This document shows, piece after piece, positions 48,219-61,871 of a stretch of DNA of 64,000 nt; positions within the stretch are counted from its first letter, which is position 1; each line of letters opens with the position of its first letter. The position numbers were made by a program, and so were the translations under genes. The DNA is from Lama glama (taxonomy: Eukaryota). The notes under the pieces are model-generated. The model was not told the origin of the DNA and searched no databases. It saw only the letters and a program-made list of their open reading frames with translations. The stretch is taken from contig CM052829.1 of assembly GCA_028534125.1 (NCBI GenBank), forward strand, positions 2,914,001 through 2,978,000, read 5' to 3'.

Positions 48219-50916
48219 ATGTTAGAAAAATATGTTGTTTTTGATGAACACAAATTTCCCCGGTTTGGGTGTTTAGAAAGCACTCTACTTCAACAGAAAG
48301 AGTATCCAAAATCACATTCATAGTTTGGGAACAGGGACACCCACCCCAAAGTAGCGAGGCTGGCTGGCTCTTTGCTCCAGGGGCCCACTTCGTGGAAGGC
48401 AGGGCGCCCTGTCCCAGTAATACAACTTCTGTGGGAAGTCGAAAGGGCAACGGTTGCATGAACCAGGAATTTTGGTGTTTACCACCTACAATTTGGATCA
48501 CTGGAATTTTTTTTTATTAGCATCTTGTAGTCCTAAATCACTTCACAGAGAGTGAGACAGAAATCAGGAGACGCGTGTGTAAATATGCACTTATCTCTGG
48601 AACTGTATGATGTATGTGTAATTTTTTGGCAGAACACTTTACATTTTTTTATATAGTTGAACTGTCTTGGAGAGAAGCTATTGCTATATCTCTTTTTGTA
48701 GATAACTAAATTAAATTTACACAGAGGTCAATGACCCAGTACTCAGAATGGCCAATTTGTCAAGAAACCCCTGTGTCACAGACATACTCAAATCTTTCTT
48801 TCTTTCTTAAAATGTTGATTACTAATCCTAGGGAAGATTTGGATAATGCAGCCTTATTATTATTTAGATACATTAGGAAAGTTTTAGAAAAGTTTACATG
48901 CTAAATGTGTGTTACATATATAATGTAAAGTAATGTGTGTGTATATATATATATGCACATTATGTATGACGATGTGTTGTTATGATAACACATGTGTAAT
49001 GGTAATGAGTGAACAATGTAATGGCTACACTGCAGAAGGTGAGGCCCCTGGGAGACCCCTGGGCAGGTCTTCGTACGTGTGATGTGGGGTAAAGTGGGCA
49101 GGCGGGGATGCTGGGATCACCCTCGCTCGGATAGAGGATGGGAGGACCTCAAGTCTGTGGGCTGTCGAAATGGTAATTATTTTACCAGCTGTCTTCAGAC
49201 TGGTACCCACTCCTAAGAGGGAACCTGAGGTAAAGGTTTTAAGAATAAAGAGAAGGATTTAAAGAAATCAGTTTCTATGTCCTGGGTGTTTGTTTGTGTA
49301 GACTCTTTGAAAAATTAATTTGCCTGACAACATCTGCCTGCCTGAAGTTTTCTGCTTCCCTTTCATGATCCAAGCTTGTCCCATTTCCACAGGAAGAAAG
49401 GTTGCCCCCGTTCCTACACAGAATGTCACTGTGGTCGGTTGCCCCAGAGTGTGCACGCAGGGCACTGAGCCCTGGTGCCGTCTGGGGGGACCCTGATCTG
49501 AGGGCGGCCCGGGGGGAGCAGGGCCAGGCCAGTTTTGTGGACGTGGAGACTGGTTCTCATGTTCACTGCTCACCGCAGAGCTCTGTGCCCCCACCCACCC
49601 AGGACCCAGCACCCACCCTCGAACTCTAATGCCTAAGCGAGATGCCAGCCAGGATGTGCAGCTAAACTGTAAAATGGCCTTTTCAGACGGAAGGGAGGTC
49701 TGACTTAGTTACTCGATGGCACCGGAGGCTGGCTCTCCGGTGAGGGTGTGTGATGGACGGACTCCCTAGACCGGACTGTTCCGCAGCTCCTGGTTCTGAC
49801 GGAAGTGCATAGAAGACAGATTGGCTGTAAAAAATCTGTGGGAACACACATGCGCATCTGTTAAAACCTGTGGTCAAAATTCCTATATGTCAGCCTAAGG
49901 TGTATGAGGATACAGCTTCTTCTGGAAGTAAAATATGCTGCTAAGGAGAGAGGAGATGCAAGTTAATGAATTAATCCGCTGCACGTGGGTGAATTACCTG
50001 GTCCCATGGTGTCCTCCCACGCGAGAGTACACAGAACTCTAAGGGTGGGGGAGGGAAGCCAAAGGGTAAAGATTACAGATGGGGACTGTGCTTGAGGTTT
50101 GGCTGGCAAGTCTTCTCAGCGAGAGCAGAGAGGACGCCAGGAATTGTCTTCCTGCTGTCAGCCGGCTCATAGGCCCAGCATCACGACCGGTGACCAGATG
50201 CCTGGGATCACACACCCCTGGTGCTTTGCGGAGCACACCCTCAGACACCTCCGATGCCTTAGCAGTGGGTCATGTTTGTTTATTTTACCTGCCACGTTGA
50301 TGTGCTGGCTCCCCCGGTAGGATGCACTTCGATCAAGTGAGTGTTTTCTGAGGGCCACGGCCACGTGTTGTTTATACAGAGGGGAATAAAGCTGGCAGCA
50401 TCCATGCCCGGCAGCCGTAGTCCAGCAGTCCAGGCGGACCTAACAATGCAGCATGCTGGGCTCATGTGCTAGTCTGGGCATTTGTCCCTCTGAGGAAGAG
50501 ACAGAGGGAAAAGACTGATTAACTGCTGTGGATGCTCCCTGAGGAGGGAAGGAGGGGAGCGGGGCGGAGATGGGAGGGAGGGTGGAGGAGCGGCAGGAGC
50601 AGAGACCTGGGGAGAGGGCGCTTCTCGCCCAGGTGCATGTGTCTGGATCCGGTGTCGTGGGGCAGCTTCGTCCTGGCCAAAGCCACAGGCTGTATTCCCC
50701 ACAAGGTGAACAGATTAAACACAACACGAGTTTATGATGGATGACGGCGGAACCAGATTAATGGAGGGCACGCCCAGAAAGTGGGGAGTGACTTCTCGGA
50801 GCGCAGCTGCCGCCGGTGCTGCGGCCGCGGAGGCATCCCGCGCCCCGGTCAGTCACGGCGCGCCCCAGGCCTGCAGCCATTCTCTGGTTTTATGTTCATG
50901 CCCTCACATGGTTCTT

Positions 50917-51128
50917 TTTTTGAGTTGACTTATAATTGACTTACAATATTATATTAGTTTCAGGTGTATAACATAGTGATTTAATATTTTTATACATTAT
51001 GAACTGATCAGCTCAGTAAGTCCAGTTTCCATCTGTCACCACACAAAGTTATTATAGTGTTATTGACTATATTTTCTATGCTGTACATTTCATCCCCGTG
51101 ACTCATGCATTTTATATCGGGAAGTTTG
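50917..51128 (-). mobile_element. 5'-truncated L1 3'UTR with degenerate TSD
   Basis: tataattgacttacaatattatattagtttcaggtgtataacatagtgatt...; TSD CTCACATGGTTCTT at 50903-50916 vs CTCATTTGGTTCTT at 51129-51142. Confidence 0.85.
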
Positions 51129-52899
51129 CTCATTTGGTTCTTAAAATAGTCCAAAGAGGACAAATTGTAAGCAAAGAGAGACTCAGAAGCGCGGGCCTGG
51201 GTAGCCCTGTAACACAGAGAACCTCGGTCCACGCTGGCTTCTGTGCTGGGATGCGCTGGTGTGGTGACCTCCTCCTGCAGTATCACCCTGAAGTGGACCA
51301 CCTTTGCCTCCGTGGTCCAGCTTCTCTGGGTCGAAACGTTTCCCAGATTACTGAAGTGTAACTGTTAAAGCATCTACTTTTAATAATTTATGTTACATAG
51401 AAATCTCCCCAAAACGTGTGATGCCTTTCTTATCTTATTAGATGTATAATGTGAATCTAATATTTTCCCTTTTATCTTTATGAGCATCAGTTATTGTTCT
51501 TTTATAAGGCAGAAAAATCTTTTAAAAAACTCTTAAGGTTTATGGTTCTAGGCTGCTGTAATTGATAACCTCAGGCAATCATGCGCTTTTATTTACCTTC
51601 CTTGCAACCTTTAAGGGTTTTCCCCCCTTTTTTTCCTCTGTGGATCCATCAGCACTCTCTTCTGGTCCCCACATGCTGCTCACAAAGGCTTTCTGTTCCC
51701 CCTCCTCTGGGCAGCTTGCTTCATCCATCAGCTCTGATCAGGAAAAGCAGATGATCACACGTGTGTGTAAGGTCCTAGCCTGAATGTGGGAACTGCGGGC
51801 CTGCTTGTGGATGGAGTTACACCGCTGCGAGGTGACATCACTCTTGACTGCACGGAGAGTGGTCACTGGCGTGGTGACCTCGGATGAGTGATGCTGATTT
51901 TATGTGTGCATTTTTAGTATTTCCAGGTGGGCGGAGTAACAGTCAGTATAAAGTTATTGTCCTTAGTGGGTAAATTATATTATTTTCTGCCAAACTTAAA
52001 AATTGTTTTAGATAAGTATGTTTTATAAATAAATGGTATAGTCTGTTATTTACATAATCCATGTTTGATCTCAATTTGTATCATCTCATAACAAACAACA
52101 TTGCATAGGTTATCAAAATTTTATTTTATATATCTGACATCCAGATAAGAATCTGGTGTGGTTTCAGCCCTTGGAACAATAACGTATGGAAAGCAGGAAA
52201 TGGGGGAACATCGCAGCAGTTACTGATAATTAATGACAATGTACATGTTAGTACATGAAAGTTCTCCTTTATTTTTACTAGTTTTCACATTCTTTCCATT
52301 TTCTTTGTGCTAAATTAATTAACTGCTTTTCTTGCCGTTCTGGTGTGACATGAGTAAGCTTGTTTAAATTTGACAATATAATTAATTGATAAAGTAACAT
52401 GAAATTTCAATTTTTTAGCCTTTCCAGACCAAGAAGAGTAGAGATGTACTTGCTTAACATGTGTTTACTGAGTAAATGATATACTATGGTTTGTGATTTA
52501 AAAGTGGTGTAAAATCTTAATATTACATATAAAATAATACAGAAAGGCACGTGATTTTTAAAGGATTAAAAAGAAAACCGGTAAATGAAAGTCATCATAA
52601 CTTTTATGATTTGAAAATCTCTTGGCAATTTAAGATGCATTTTTAGCATCTAGAAATTTCATGTTGTCTGCATTTCTTTATCCTAATGGAAAAGATTAAC
52701 ATGCATGCAGTTTAAAGAACTTTGCTTCATTTGATGTTACGTAAATTGTGTTTTATGTCTCCCTTCATTTTTAATCTAGATTAATTGCAGTTGAGAATTA
52801 TAGTAGGTGTGACTTCCTGTAGAAACTAGTTTGTTTCTGTGTTTTCAGTGGTACAAACTAAGGTAATGAATGAAGAGTCGATACAGTATAGGTATCAGA

Positions 52900-53150
52900 G
52901 TGTAATGTAAAAAGTATAAGCCTTGGAGTCAAATGACGGGAGTCTGACTGTTGAGTAGTTTAAACATTGGTTCCTCCGTCTTCTGGTTGCGGACGCCTAG
53001 GCAGTCACTGCATTTGTGAGTGTTTCCCCTAACCTGTAAAATGGTGGCAGTCTCGCTGTCTGCCCCTCGCCTCCCCCCTCCCTTCTTTGTCAGGATAAAC
53101 ATGAAATAATGAATGTGAAAGTGATTTGTAAACTGTAACTTTTGGCACAA
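52900..53150 (+). mobile_element. MIR SINE
   Basis: gccttggagtcaaat...gtttcccctaacctgtaaaatgg...tgtcaggataaacatgaaataatgaatgtgaaagtgatttgtaaactgtaa. Confidence 0.75.
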
Positions 53151-54084
53151 ATGTAATGCACCATTAGAGCACTGTTCCAGAATCTGGGGGACAGAACATG
53201 GGGAAGTTCACAGTTCTCATTGTTCCGTGGTGGTGAGCGGCAGTCTGTGCTCTGGTTCTGAGTCTGGCCCCTCAGCACAGCGGTTAATTTGCCATTGTTG
53301 TCCGCATGGCTTGTTAGATTGCTGGCTGGCTGGGCAGCTCCGTTCACACCTTGTTACACAGTGTGGGTGACTTCACCTTGGGAGGATGAACTTAGCTTTT
53401 ACCAGCTTGTCTAATATATGTTTAAATAATCAAGTTTTAAGATTTCATAGTGTGTGCTTTTTAAAAATTTTATTTTCTTTGCATCTCTCAGTGCGGTTAT
53501 CCTAACAGCATAGATTATAGGGTGAGCGTCCTGTACCAAATGCCAGCGCAGATGGGCAACTTTGAGCAGAGGGACAGGATCACATGCATCCTTTCAGCGT
53601 GCAGCTCAGGGGGACAGTCACTCATACAAGAAAATTAAGTTCTTTGTCTTTTAGTGATAGATTTTCTTTGATGTGAAAATGACGGAGCTCTTCCTTCTTT
53701 CCTTCTTTCTTTGTTAAAATTCCTTTGCACTTACTTGCATTTACTTTTGACTCATCCTGTGCTTAAAGTAATCTGAACTATAAAGTGGAAATAAAAGGAA
53801 AGGGTGGATGTGCTGCTTTAGAATCATTTTCAAGTGGAAAAGGTTAAAATTGGTTTTTCTTCCTTCCTTCCTGTCGGCAAAGAAGTAGGCAGCTTTCCTC
53901 TGAGGCATTTCACGAAAGACATAATCTGAGAATCTGATTGGGTCTCCTTTGAGCTGGACCTCTTCTTTTTTTCGAACTTACAATTCACTTATTTATTTTG
54001 TTATTACCCAGTTCCCTACACAGCAGCGTCAGCCCTGTCACTGGCCACATTAAAAATTCAGTAGGACGATATGATGAATTGTGA

Positions 54085-54620
54085 AAATCTTCCCAAAGGG
54101 TCGAAAAGACAGGAAATATAAAAGATGCAACATCCAACTAACAGGTGTTTCAGAAAAAGAAAACAGAAGGAGCTTTGAAACAATTTAATATTTTACTTCT
54201 TAAGTTGGATAACAAGCACATGGGTATTTGTGTGTCATTCTCTACGCTCCTCTTCAAGACTTGTAAAAAAAAATTATTCAAGTGTTTCTCCAGTTGGAAG
54301 AATCATCAGACTGCAAGGGTGCACGTGCCAACCCACATCCAGTTATGTCCTTGAATCTCAAGACCCTCATGGTACAAGGAAGGACCCAAGTTCCAGGGGA
54401 AAGGCCCCCCCCCCCGGCCCCCGCCACGGAACAGGACTCAGAGCATCAGACCTGAATCCTACAGGTCAAAGGAGCAGCTCTTCCACTGCCCTGAGGAAAG
54501 ACAGCTCTCACGCAGAATTCTGTATCCCGCCAAACTGCTGACCAAGTGTGAATAGAAATTCCAGAGGGCTCAGGACACGTGCTCTAACACTCCTCCAAAC
54601 TGAGCACCTGTCACGTCCCT
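54085..54620 (+). mobile_element. Ancient L1 ORF1 / HAL1-like fragment
   Basis: Degraded ORF1 motifs NIQLTGVSEKENR (about 54129) and RILYPAKLLTKCE (about 54514). Confidence 0.65.
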
Positions 54621-55905
54621 GCAGGTGCTCACGGGTCATGACAGGTGGGCTCGGAGCCCTGACCCCGCCACTGACCAGACCCCACAAACGCATCAGCAAT
54701 GAGGAGCACTTTGACGAAGTGAATCTGGGCCCCAAAGCCAAGGTTGGTGGAGGGGCCGCTTTTAACCATGACCAGAGGAGCTGTGACAGGCCGCCGGACG
54801 TGGGGCGGGGGGACCCTTGAGCCCGAGCTGGACCTTTTCACCCAGCAGAAAGAAAACGGACTCATTTGTAGCAAAGATGTTATTGACGGTGTTCACTAAC
54901 CACAAGTACCGGGTGGAGGAAATGAGGGGGTGGGGACTGGAACAAAGACCTACCGGAAAATAGGATTATGGAGGATAATTGCTAAAAAGCATTTTCTTAC
55001 ATCAAGAGGTAGACAGGGCACGGTTTTATAAATTATTTTTTGGCTTTAGGGAAATTCCAGCGAGATTTTGCCTTCTGCTTTAGTACCTGGCTTTGCTGTA
55101 AGGAGCACGGCCCGGAGCATTCACCGGGAGCGCTGGGAAGGCTTTGCCGCGCCTCCGGAGGGCCTCCCGCCTGTGCCCGGAGACGTCCGCTCAGGTCTGG
55201 GGGGGGGCCGGCCCTTGCTCTTCTTTTCCCTGTACTTGGATAAGAAGAAATTCGTAGTCTGGTTGGTGCAAAGCCTTTTACATACCGTTAAAAATGAGGC
55301 CTTTGTGTTTGTGCTCCTGTTCTGCTGCCTGACGCTTAGCAGGTGCTCCAGAATTAGTTACTGAATATCGCCTGGACATAACATCTATCTTCTCACGGCC
55401 AGATGTGGGTGCTTTTCCAAAGCCTGTGTGTCACCACTGCCCACCGTGAAGCTCAGCTTGGGGGACGGGACAGGTCCCACCCAGCCTTTGACAGTTGTGG
55501 ACAGTTGGTGCACCTCATGGATGGATTTTTCTGGTCCTAAATACACCGCGAAGCTTGGGCAGGTGGGGTGGGCAGAAGCTGTGGGCCGGGGCTGCAGGAG
55601 TGGAAGCTGGTGGGAGGCAGTGACCACTCTCCGGATGGTCCATCTGCCTCAGCTGTGGTCCTGGCCTTGCCGCCCGTGCGTGGCTGGGCGGTTAAGCGCT
55701 CCAGCCCCGGGCCGCACCCGCAAGCCCCCCTCCTGGCCTGCCCCCCGCCGTCTGCGAGCGGCTGGTGGCGGTTAGTCCCGTAACTTCTTTTTGCCTTCTT
55801 TACCTCCTCTAGAAAGTAGAATGAAAGGAATAGCACCTGTTTGGAGATTAAATGAGTTAAATAATAGGTGTTAGGACAGTACCCTGAGTACATATCAGCT
55901 ATTCC

Positions 55906-56034
55906 TTTTTTTTGGCAGGGAGGAGGAGATAATTAGGTTTACTTATTTTTTTTTAATGGAGGTACTGGGCATTGAACTCAGGACCTCATGCATGCTAAGC
56001 ACGTGCTCTACCACTGAGCTCTACACCCCCCCCC
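55906..56034 (-). mobile_element. tRNA-Ala-derived SINE, Vic-1-like (second copy)
   Basis: Reverse complement GGGGGTGTAGAGCTCAGTGGTAGAGCACGTGCTTAGCATGCATGAGGTCCTGAGTTCAATGCCCAGTACCTCCATT...AAACCTAATTATCTCC...poly(A); same family as 25726-25858. Confidence 0.9.
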
Positions 56035-58299
56035 ACATCATCTGTTCTTTCCTTTTTTGAGGACTTTCAGTTAATTCTGTCAGGTGTGGTCACAGCCATC
56101 CTGCTCAAGAGGCTGCTGTTGTGCAGATCACACAGTTGGTTTTGAGGTCTTGAGTGACCTGGTGACGGTCGCTCAGCCCCGGCTGAGTTCTGACACTGCC
56201 GTGCCCACCCCATACACTGCCCTGTCTTCCGAGGTGAAGGCTGTGTGGGGCCGGCGCTGGTTTGGGGGGCAGGCGTGTGTACAGCAGATGGAATGTGCCT
56301 GGTTAAAACAAGTGAGCACGTGGCATCAGCAGGAGGCTCGTTTCTGTGCCTCAAGTCAATTTTTCACATCGACTTTCATGTGGGTGCATAAACAGCCTAC
56401 CCAGTTTTTGCAAAATAATTGCTCGTGTAGCAAATTTCTCGGTTTGAATAGTGAGTGTCACGTTTGCTGTGGGCTGTGGACAGGCACAGACAGCTGCTGT
56501 TCCTGGGACTCACTCGAGCCTGGCCACGGAATGCCTGGAATGTGAAGTTTCCTGTCAGGACGGCTTTTGCCTGCATTCTTCCTGTGAAAATTTTCCAAAA
56601 AGCTGTAAATTGTAATCAGCTTAGAGTGCTTTTTTTTTCAATGACTGAGGTTTAATCCTCAAAATTCTGTTATCAGTGGAAAGACTATAGATTTCATAAA
56701 TGTGACTTATCAAATTATATTTCCGTATTTTTGCCCTCAATTTGGCTCCTCTGAATAATTGTTTGAGCTTTGTTTTGAGGGGTGTTGTGTGTGTGTTCTG
56801 TGTTGTGGGTATTCTGTGTCAAAATTTCCTTTGCAAGCAGCCAGTGAACTGCCTTATGTGTTTGCTAATATGATGCCATGCATGGGGACAAGCATATGGG
56901 ATTTATTTCCCAGGATTTACTTTAGACCAAGGAAAAGAAATATGGGATTCTTCTCATGATATGCATCGTATGTCCTAGGTGAACAGGAGATTTTAATTCA
57001 TTGTGTGAATGTAAATGCCTGTCTACTGGTAGACTTACGCATTTGAAATCTGTACAAAAAATAAAGAACAAACACTAAAGGACTTCCCCAGAGGTCATGG
57101 GGACAACTCAGATCACACTGAGATGCTTACTGTAATGATAATGCTTAGCTTGTGGTACTTGCAGTCATTTTGAATGTTACTGTTTGAAACATTTCATCCA
57201 GGCAGGTTGCTGTAATTACACAGGACTATTTTTCTGTTAAGAAAGTAGAATCTTTGGTTTTCACTAAATTAAAGGATAACATTCCTGTCTCTGTGTTTTT
57301 TGTCCATAGTCACTCCTCAGGTGGTTATTAAAGATACCTTCTTTATTGAATGCCCCCAACTGTGTATCTCAGCAAAGACTGCGGTCTTCCACATTTTTTA
57401 TTTGGACAGACCTATTCATTTATTTGAACGTAATTTAATTACTTTTCTCTAAGAAGTAATTCCAAATCTCTGAGAGAATTTTACAAAATACTTAGGTAGG
57501 AAAATGTCACAAATCCCTTTTAAAGTAAGTTTAAATGTAAGTGTAGTCTGAAGCATCCCCTTGTTTTATTGTGTGGCATAATTCCAAATCTGGTATGACA
57601 CGTGCTGTGGACTGAGGCTTCCTTAGTTAATTGTCTCCAAATGTAGACCTGAGGACTTCTGCCAGTCTCCCTGCCCATTAGCTGATGGGAAGAGTATTCC
57701 CTTTTCCCTCTCTGAACTCTTGATTAAGGCAAGTGAGTCTTTGTTCAGCTGACCACCTGGAGGAGCTGTGCCCTAGCCACTTTTCAGGAAATATAATAGA
57801 TGACTGACCGCCACCTGAAAGCTTGAGTTAAGACAGGCCAGAGGGGCAGACTCACCTGGACCCTGTCACTTTGGACCAGCCAGTGTGAACATGGGGACGC
57901 TGCAGTGAGGTTGTGTCTACAGGAAGTTTGTTATGAAAGACCGGCAGGTGGGGGACGTGCTCGTTCTTTTAATACCAGGAACATTGTTCTGTTTTTTCCA
58001 GAACCAAGTGGCCTGCTTTTATTCTAAAGACACTGAATTGTGTAAATGAGCGCTTCACATCTTCAGCTCAGCTGCTGAGAGTCTGCAGGCAAATTTTTGA
58101 CTTATCTCTAGTGTGTGTTACTCAGTGTGGTGCATCTTTTGTCTTATTCACATCCCGGCTATTTTATTTCCCAATTTTTTTGCTTGCTTCTTTTTCTTTC
58201 TCTCTTTTCTTATTTCTTTGTTTGATGAATGTGATCTTGCTTTTTCACTGTTCTTTGTGAATACTTGTAGTGCATACTCTGGGACAAGGCAAGGTAAAT

Positions 58300-58470
58300 A
58301 ATCTTCATTTATTCATTATTTAGTACTATCCTGAGACAGCAGAGCATATTATGTTTGTTTTACGTAAGAGGAATCAGCAGCTTTACGGTCACACAGTGAG
58401 CCATGCGAGCGGCAGGACAGAGCTTCAGCTGTAGGTACCTTTCCTGGAAAACCCAAGCTCTGTCTTCCAG
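58300..58470 (-). mobile_element. MIR fragment
   Basis: tttacgtaagaggaatc...tttacggtcacacagtgagcc...ggcaggacagagcttcagc. Confidence 0.5.
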
Positions 58471-60751
58471 CCAGGCGGGGTTCTCGCAGGAAAACTGACA
58501 GCTACAAACCTAACAGCTCAAGATGCCCCACAGACACGACTGAACTTCACTGGGGAGGCTGCGGGCACCGCCACACCACAAGCCCAACGGACACATCCAG
58601 GGTGACAAAGCTGACCTGCAGCAAGGGTTCTCGGGGTGCAGGGGACCCCACCCCGCACCTTCTGCATCAGAAACTTGGAGCGAGGGGCCCAGCGCCAGCT
58701 CATGTGCTCCGTGGTTTGAGAACTGCTCAGAGTATTTTCTGTTATGAAAAAATAATTGCTTCATGGATAGGATTTTCTTAAATAACAGGCACTTCCTGTC
58801 TGCTTTCATTTGAATTCAAGTTTTAAGAATTCGGTTTTGATACATTGCTTCAGTGAAGTATCTATTGTGCAAAAAGAGGAATTTTTAGAAATAAAAATGA
58901 TCTAGATTGTTTTTGGGGACTTGTCCAAACTATGGTTCCCTATTTCCTTTGGAGAAATAAACGCAGGGTTTTTAAATACTCATTTGTTTCTTTTCTGAAT
59001 TATTCCAGCCTTTCTCTCTTCCCAGGGTAAGTTTTCAGTTTTTTCCAGCCTGTGATCTCTGTCACTATAAAGAAAAAGTCCACCTTTCACTAAAGATTTT
59101 GTAGAATCTTTATTAAGTAAACTACATCTCCTGAAGATGAGGAGACTCTTTTGCCCTCGGCCTTTTGGTTGTAAGGCTCGCTGACGTCAGTACGTGCTCC
59201 TGGGGGCTCCCCTTCCCCTCCCACAAGGGGCCCCGCAGCTGTAATCTGCTTCCACGTCACTGATTCTCTTCTGCACAAAAGATGCGGGGCTCCCGAGTTC
59301 CTGAAGTGTCTGCTCCTTTGGGAGCCCGCGGTGTCCTCAGCGTGGGGAGCCGCTTCTCAGCTCTATTCCAGGCACATGGACTGAACGCAGGGTGCCAACT
59401 TGTGGTCATCATTAATTCCTTAATTTTTCCCTGGTGCTTTGAGGCTTCAAAAAAGTCACGTCTCTATAGTGGCTTTGTGTTGATGTAGAGACGGTGAGCC
59501 TACATCCCCTAAATTACAAACCACAGGCATTTACTTTATTACGCGGTGTGAAAATCAGACCAAGAGGAGAAGCTGTGTTTCTCTAAACAGTGACTTTCTG
59601 TGTTCTCAGAAACCAGTGTGGTTTGCTCTTTACAGAAGTTGTGAAATAACCTCTTCCAGCGTCCTGACTGGCTGGCTGGAGCACACACAAGGTGCTGTGA
59701 TGCTTTCGTCACGCGTTCTCTGGCCTCGGGTGGGAGGGAGCCCTGCGTGGTCACGCTGGCACTGGGGCCCCATGGCACAGCTGAGTGGTTCCTGGGTGTG
59801 CAGCCCTGAGGAGCAAAAGGGTTGTTGCCGCAGCACGTGCGTGGGGACGTCCTGGAGCTGGTGTCCCGTAGCCCCCGCGTCTCTGTCTGGTTGCATTTAT
59901 GTGCCCGAAGGAACCCTCATTCCCGTGCTTGTGACCACAGTTGTGTCCAGCCAGCCTGTTCCGCTCTGGCATGTCTGATGCGTGCAGGACACTTCGCCCC
60001 GAAGGGCTGGAGAATCTGGGCAGAAATCCTCCCGCCAAGGTTCACCAAGGCCCTCGGGCCACGGTCATAGCAAGGCTGTCTGTTTTTGCTCTCAAGGTGA
60101 AGTCATCAGGTTCGGTGCCTGTGACGCACACCTCGTTCGATGAGGGGTCCATATCTCCATGCAAGATTCAGACCACAGTGCAGTTTCTCTCAGGAGTCTC
60201 CTCAAAACGGTGCATTTCACAGTAGTTTTCTAAAGTGTTAGAAGTTTGTTAAAATTACAGTGTGAAGAAATTTCTATGTAGAGAGAGAGAGAGAACGAGC
60301 TACCCCACTGTTCTCTGTCCTCTGGGGCTTTCTGTGCGGCTGTGATTTCACATTGGCCATCCCAGTCTCCTCTCTGAGCTTTCTTATGAGCTGTCAGCAC
60401 AAACTGAATTCCACTTCCTTTGATTCTGAAGCAGCGTGGCCCCCGTGGCTCCCCGCTGCGTGAAGGATGCTGTGCGTCCCCAGGCCTGGAACCAGCCTCT
60501 TAAAACAATTTCTTATTAAAAAGCTGTTTGGTCACATCACCATTGCCTTGAGTATTGGGTACTGCCCTTCGGCAGCTGTCTATAGTCTGTTTCTAAGTGT
60601 GCGAGGGTGTTTCTGCTAAACGTGGGCTCTGTGTGGGACACAGTACCCGGTGCACGTTTGTAAGACGCCTGTGACCTCCGTGGGCTGCACGCTGCTCGGA
60701 GCGGGTGTTTCTTTTCCCCCTCTTGACTCTTGGCGATCACCAACAGTTCTT

Positions 60752-60996
60752 TTTTATATATGTGTTTATTTTTACTGCAGTACAGTCAGTTTACAATGTT
60801 GTGGCAATTTCTGGTGCACAGCATAACGCTTCAGTCACACATGAACATACATATATTCATTTTCATCATCTTTTTTACCATAGGTTACTGCAAGATATCG
60901 AGTATAGTTCCCTGTGCTGTACGGTATAAACTTGTTGTTTATCTGGCTTATATATAGTAGGTAGTATCTGCAAATCTTGAACTCTCAGTTTATCCC
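60752..60996 (-). mobile_element. 5'-truncated lineage-specific L1 3'UTR with 15-bp TSD
   Basis: Similar to the 3'UTR at 3345-3580; TSD TCACCAACAGTTCTT at 60737-60751 vs TCACTAACAGTTCTT at 60997-61011. Confidence 0.9.
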
Positions 60997-61871
60997 TCAC
61001 TAACAGTTCTTATTTATGTGTATAATGTTTGGTTTATCCATGGTTTAGTAACAGTAAATTTCATCTTATAATAAGAAACATGTAGAAAGTTATTTAATTC
61101 AGATGTATAATTAATGGCAGACTGTAACTAATAAGTTTGAAATGATACAGATAACGCAGAATTCATTTTTGGAAGGAAATTATGGATGACAGTTTTACTT
61201 TGGTCCAATCTGTCTCACTCAGGCTGTCCTAAGGGGACTGACTTTATGCCCCAGCCCTACTCCCAGGTGGATGCTAAGGGTGATGTGTAGTTTCTGATAT
61301 GTCAGATGGTTGAGCTGAAATCAAACCTTCCTTCATGCAGTCAAAAGAAAACAGGTGGCCTCAGACACACTGCACAGCAAAACAGTGATGCCAGTTGTTT
61401 TGATACTTATGTTTATTTTATTGTTAAAAAAAAATTCATTGCACTGGGCTGATTTGCCGGAGAGCTAGGAAGCGCTTTGGACTTGGAGCGGTGAGGCTCT
61501 GCCCAGCTGACTGTGGGAGAGCTGTGCCTTGTGCTCTGTCTCTCCTGGATTCCCTGGTTCTTCTCATTTTATATTCAGGAGACTTAATGTGAGTAGAAAG
61601 GTCTTAGATCTTTTTCTAGGCTGTCAGCATCATGCTTTTTGTGAGCTCACTCTGCCTTTTCTCTATCTGTAGCTGGAACACCAGGGTTGTCAGGTGTACC
61701 TTTCCCTGATAATTTACAGTAGAAATGTTTTTCTTTTCCAAATATGCTCTGTAAATGTGTCCTACCGGTGTTAGTTATGGTGGTCAGAATCCAAGTGTTC
61801 TAAGTGTATAAGGCAGAATGAGAAATAGAACAAAGAATGAAAAGGAAAAATTAACTTCAAAAATGAATAAT

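Noticed and set aside
54120-54150. CAACTAACAG|GT as a PDE10A1-like exon end
   Set aside because: Explained by the L1 ORF1 motif NIQLTGVSE.
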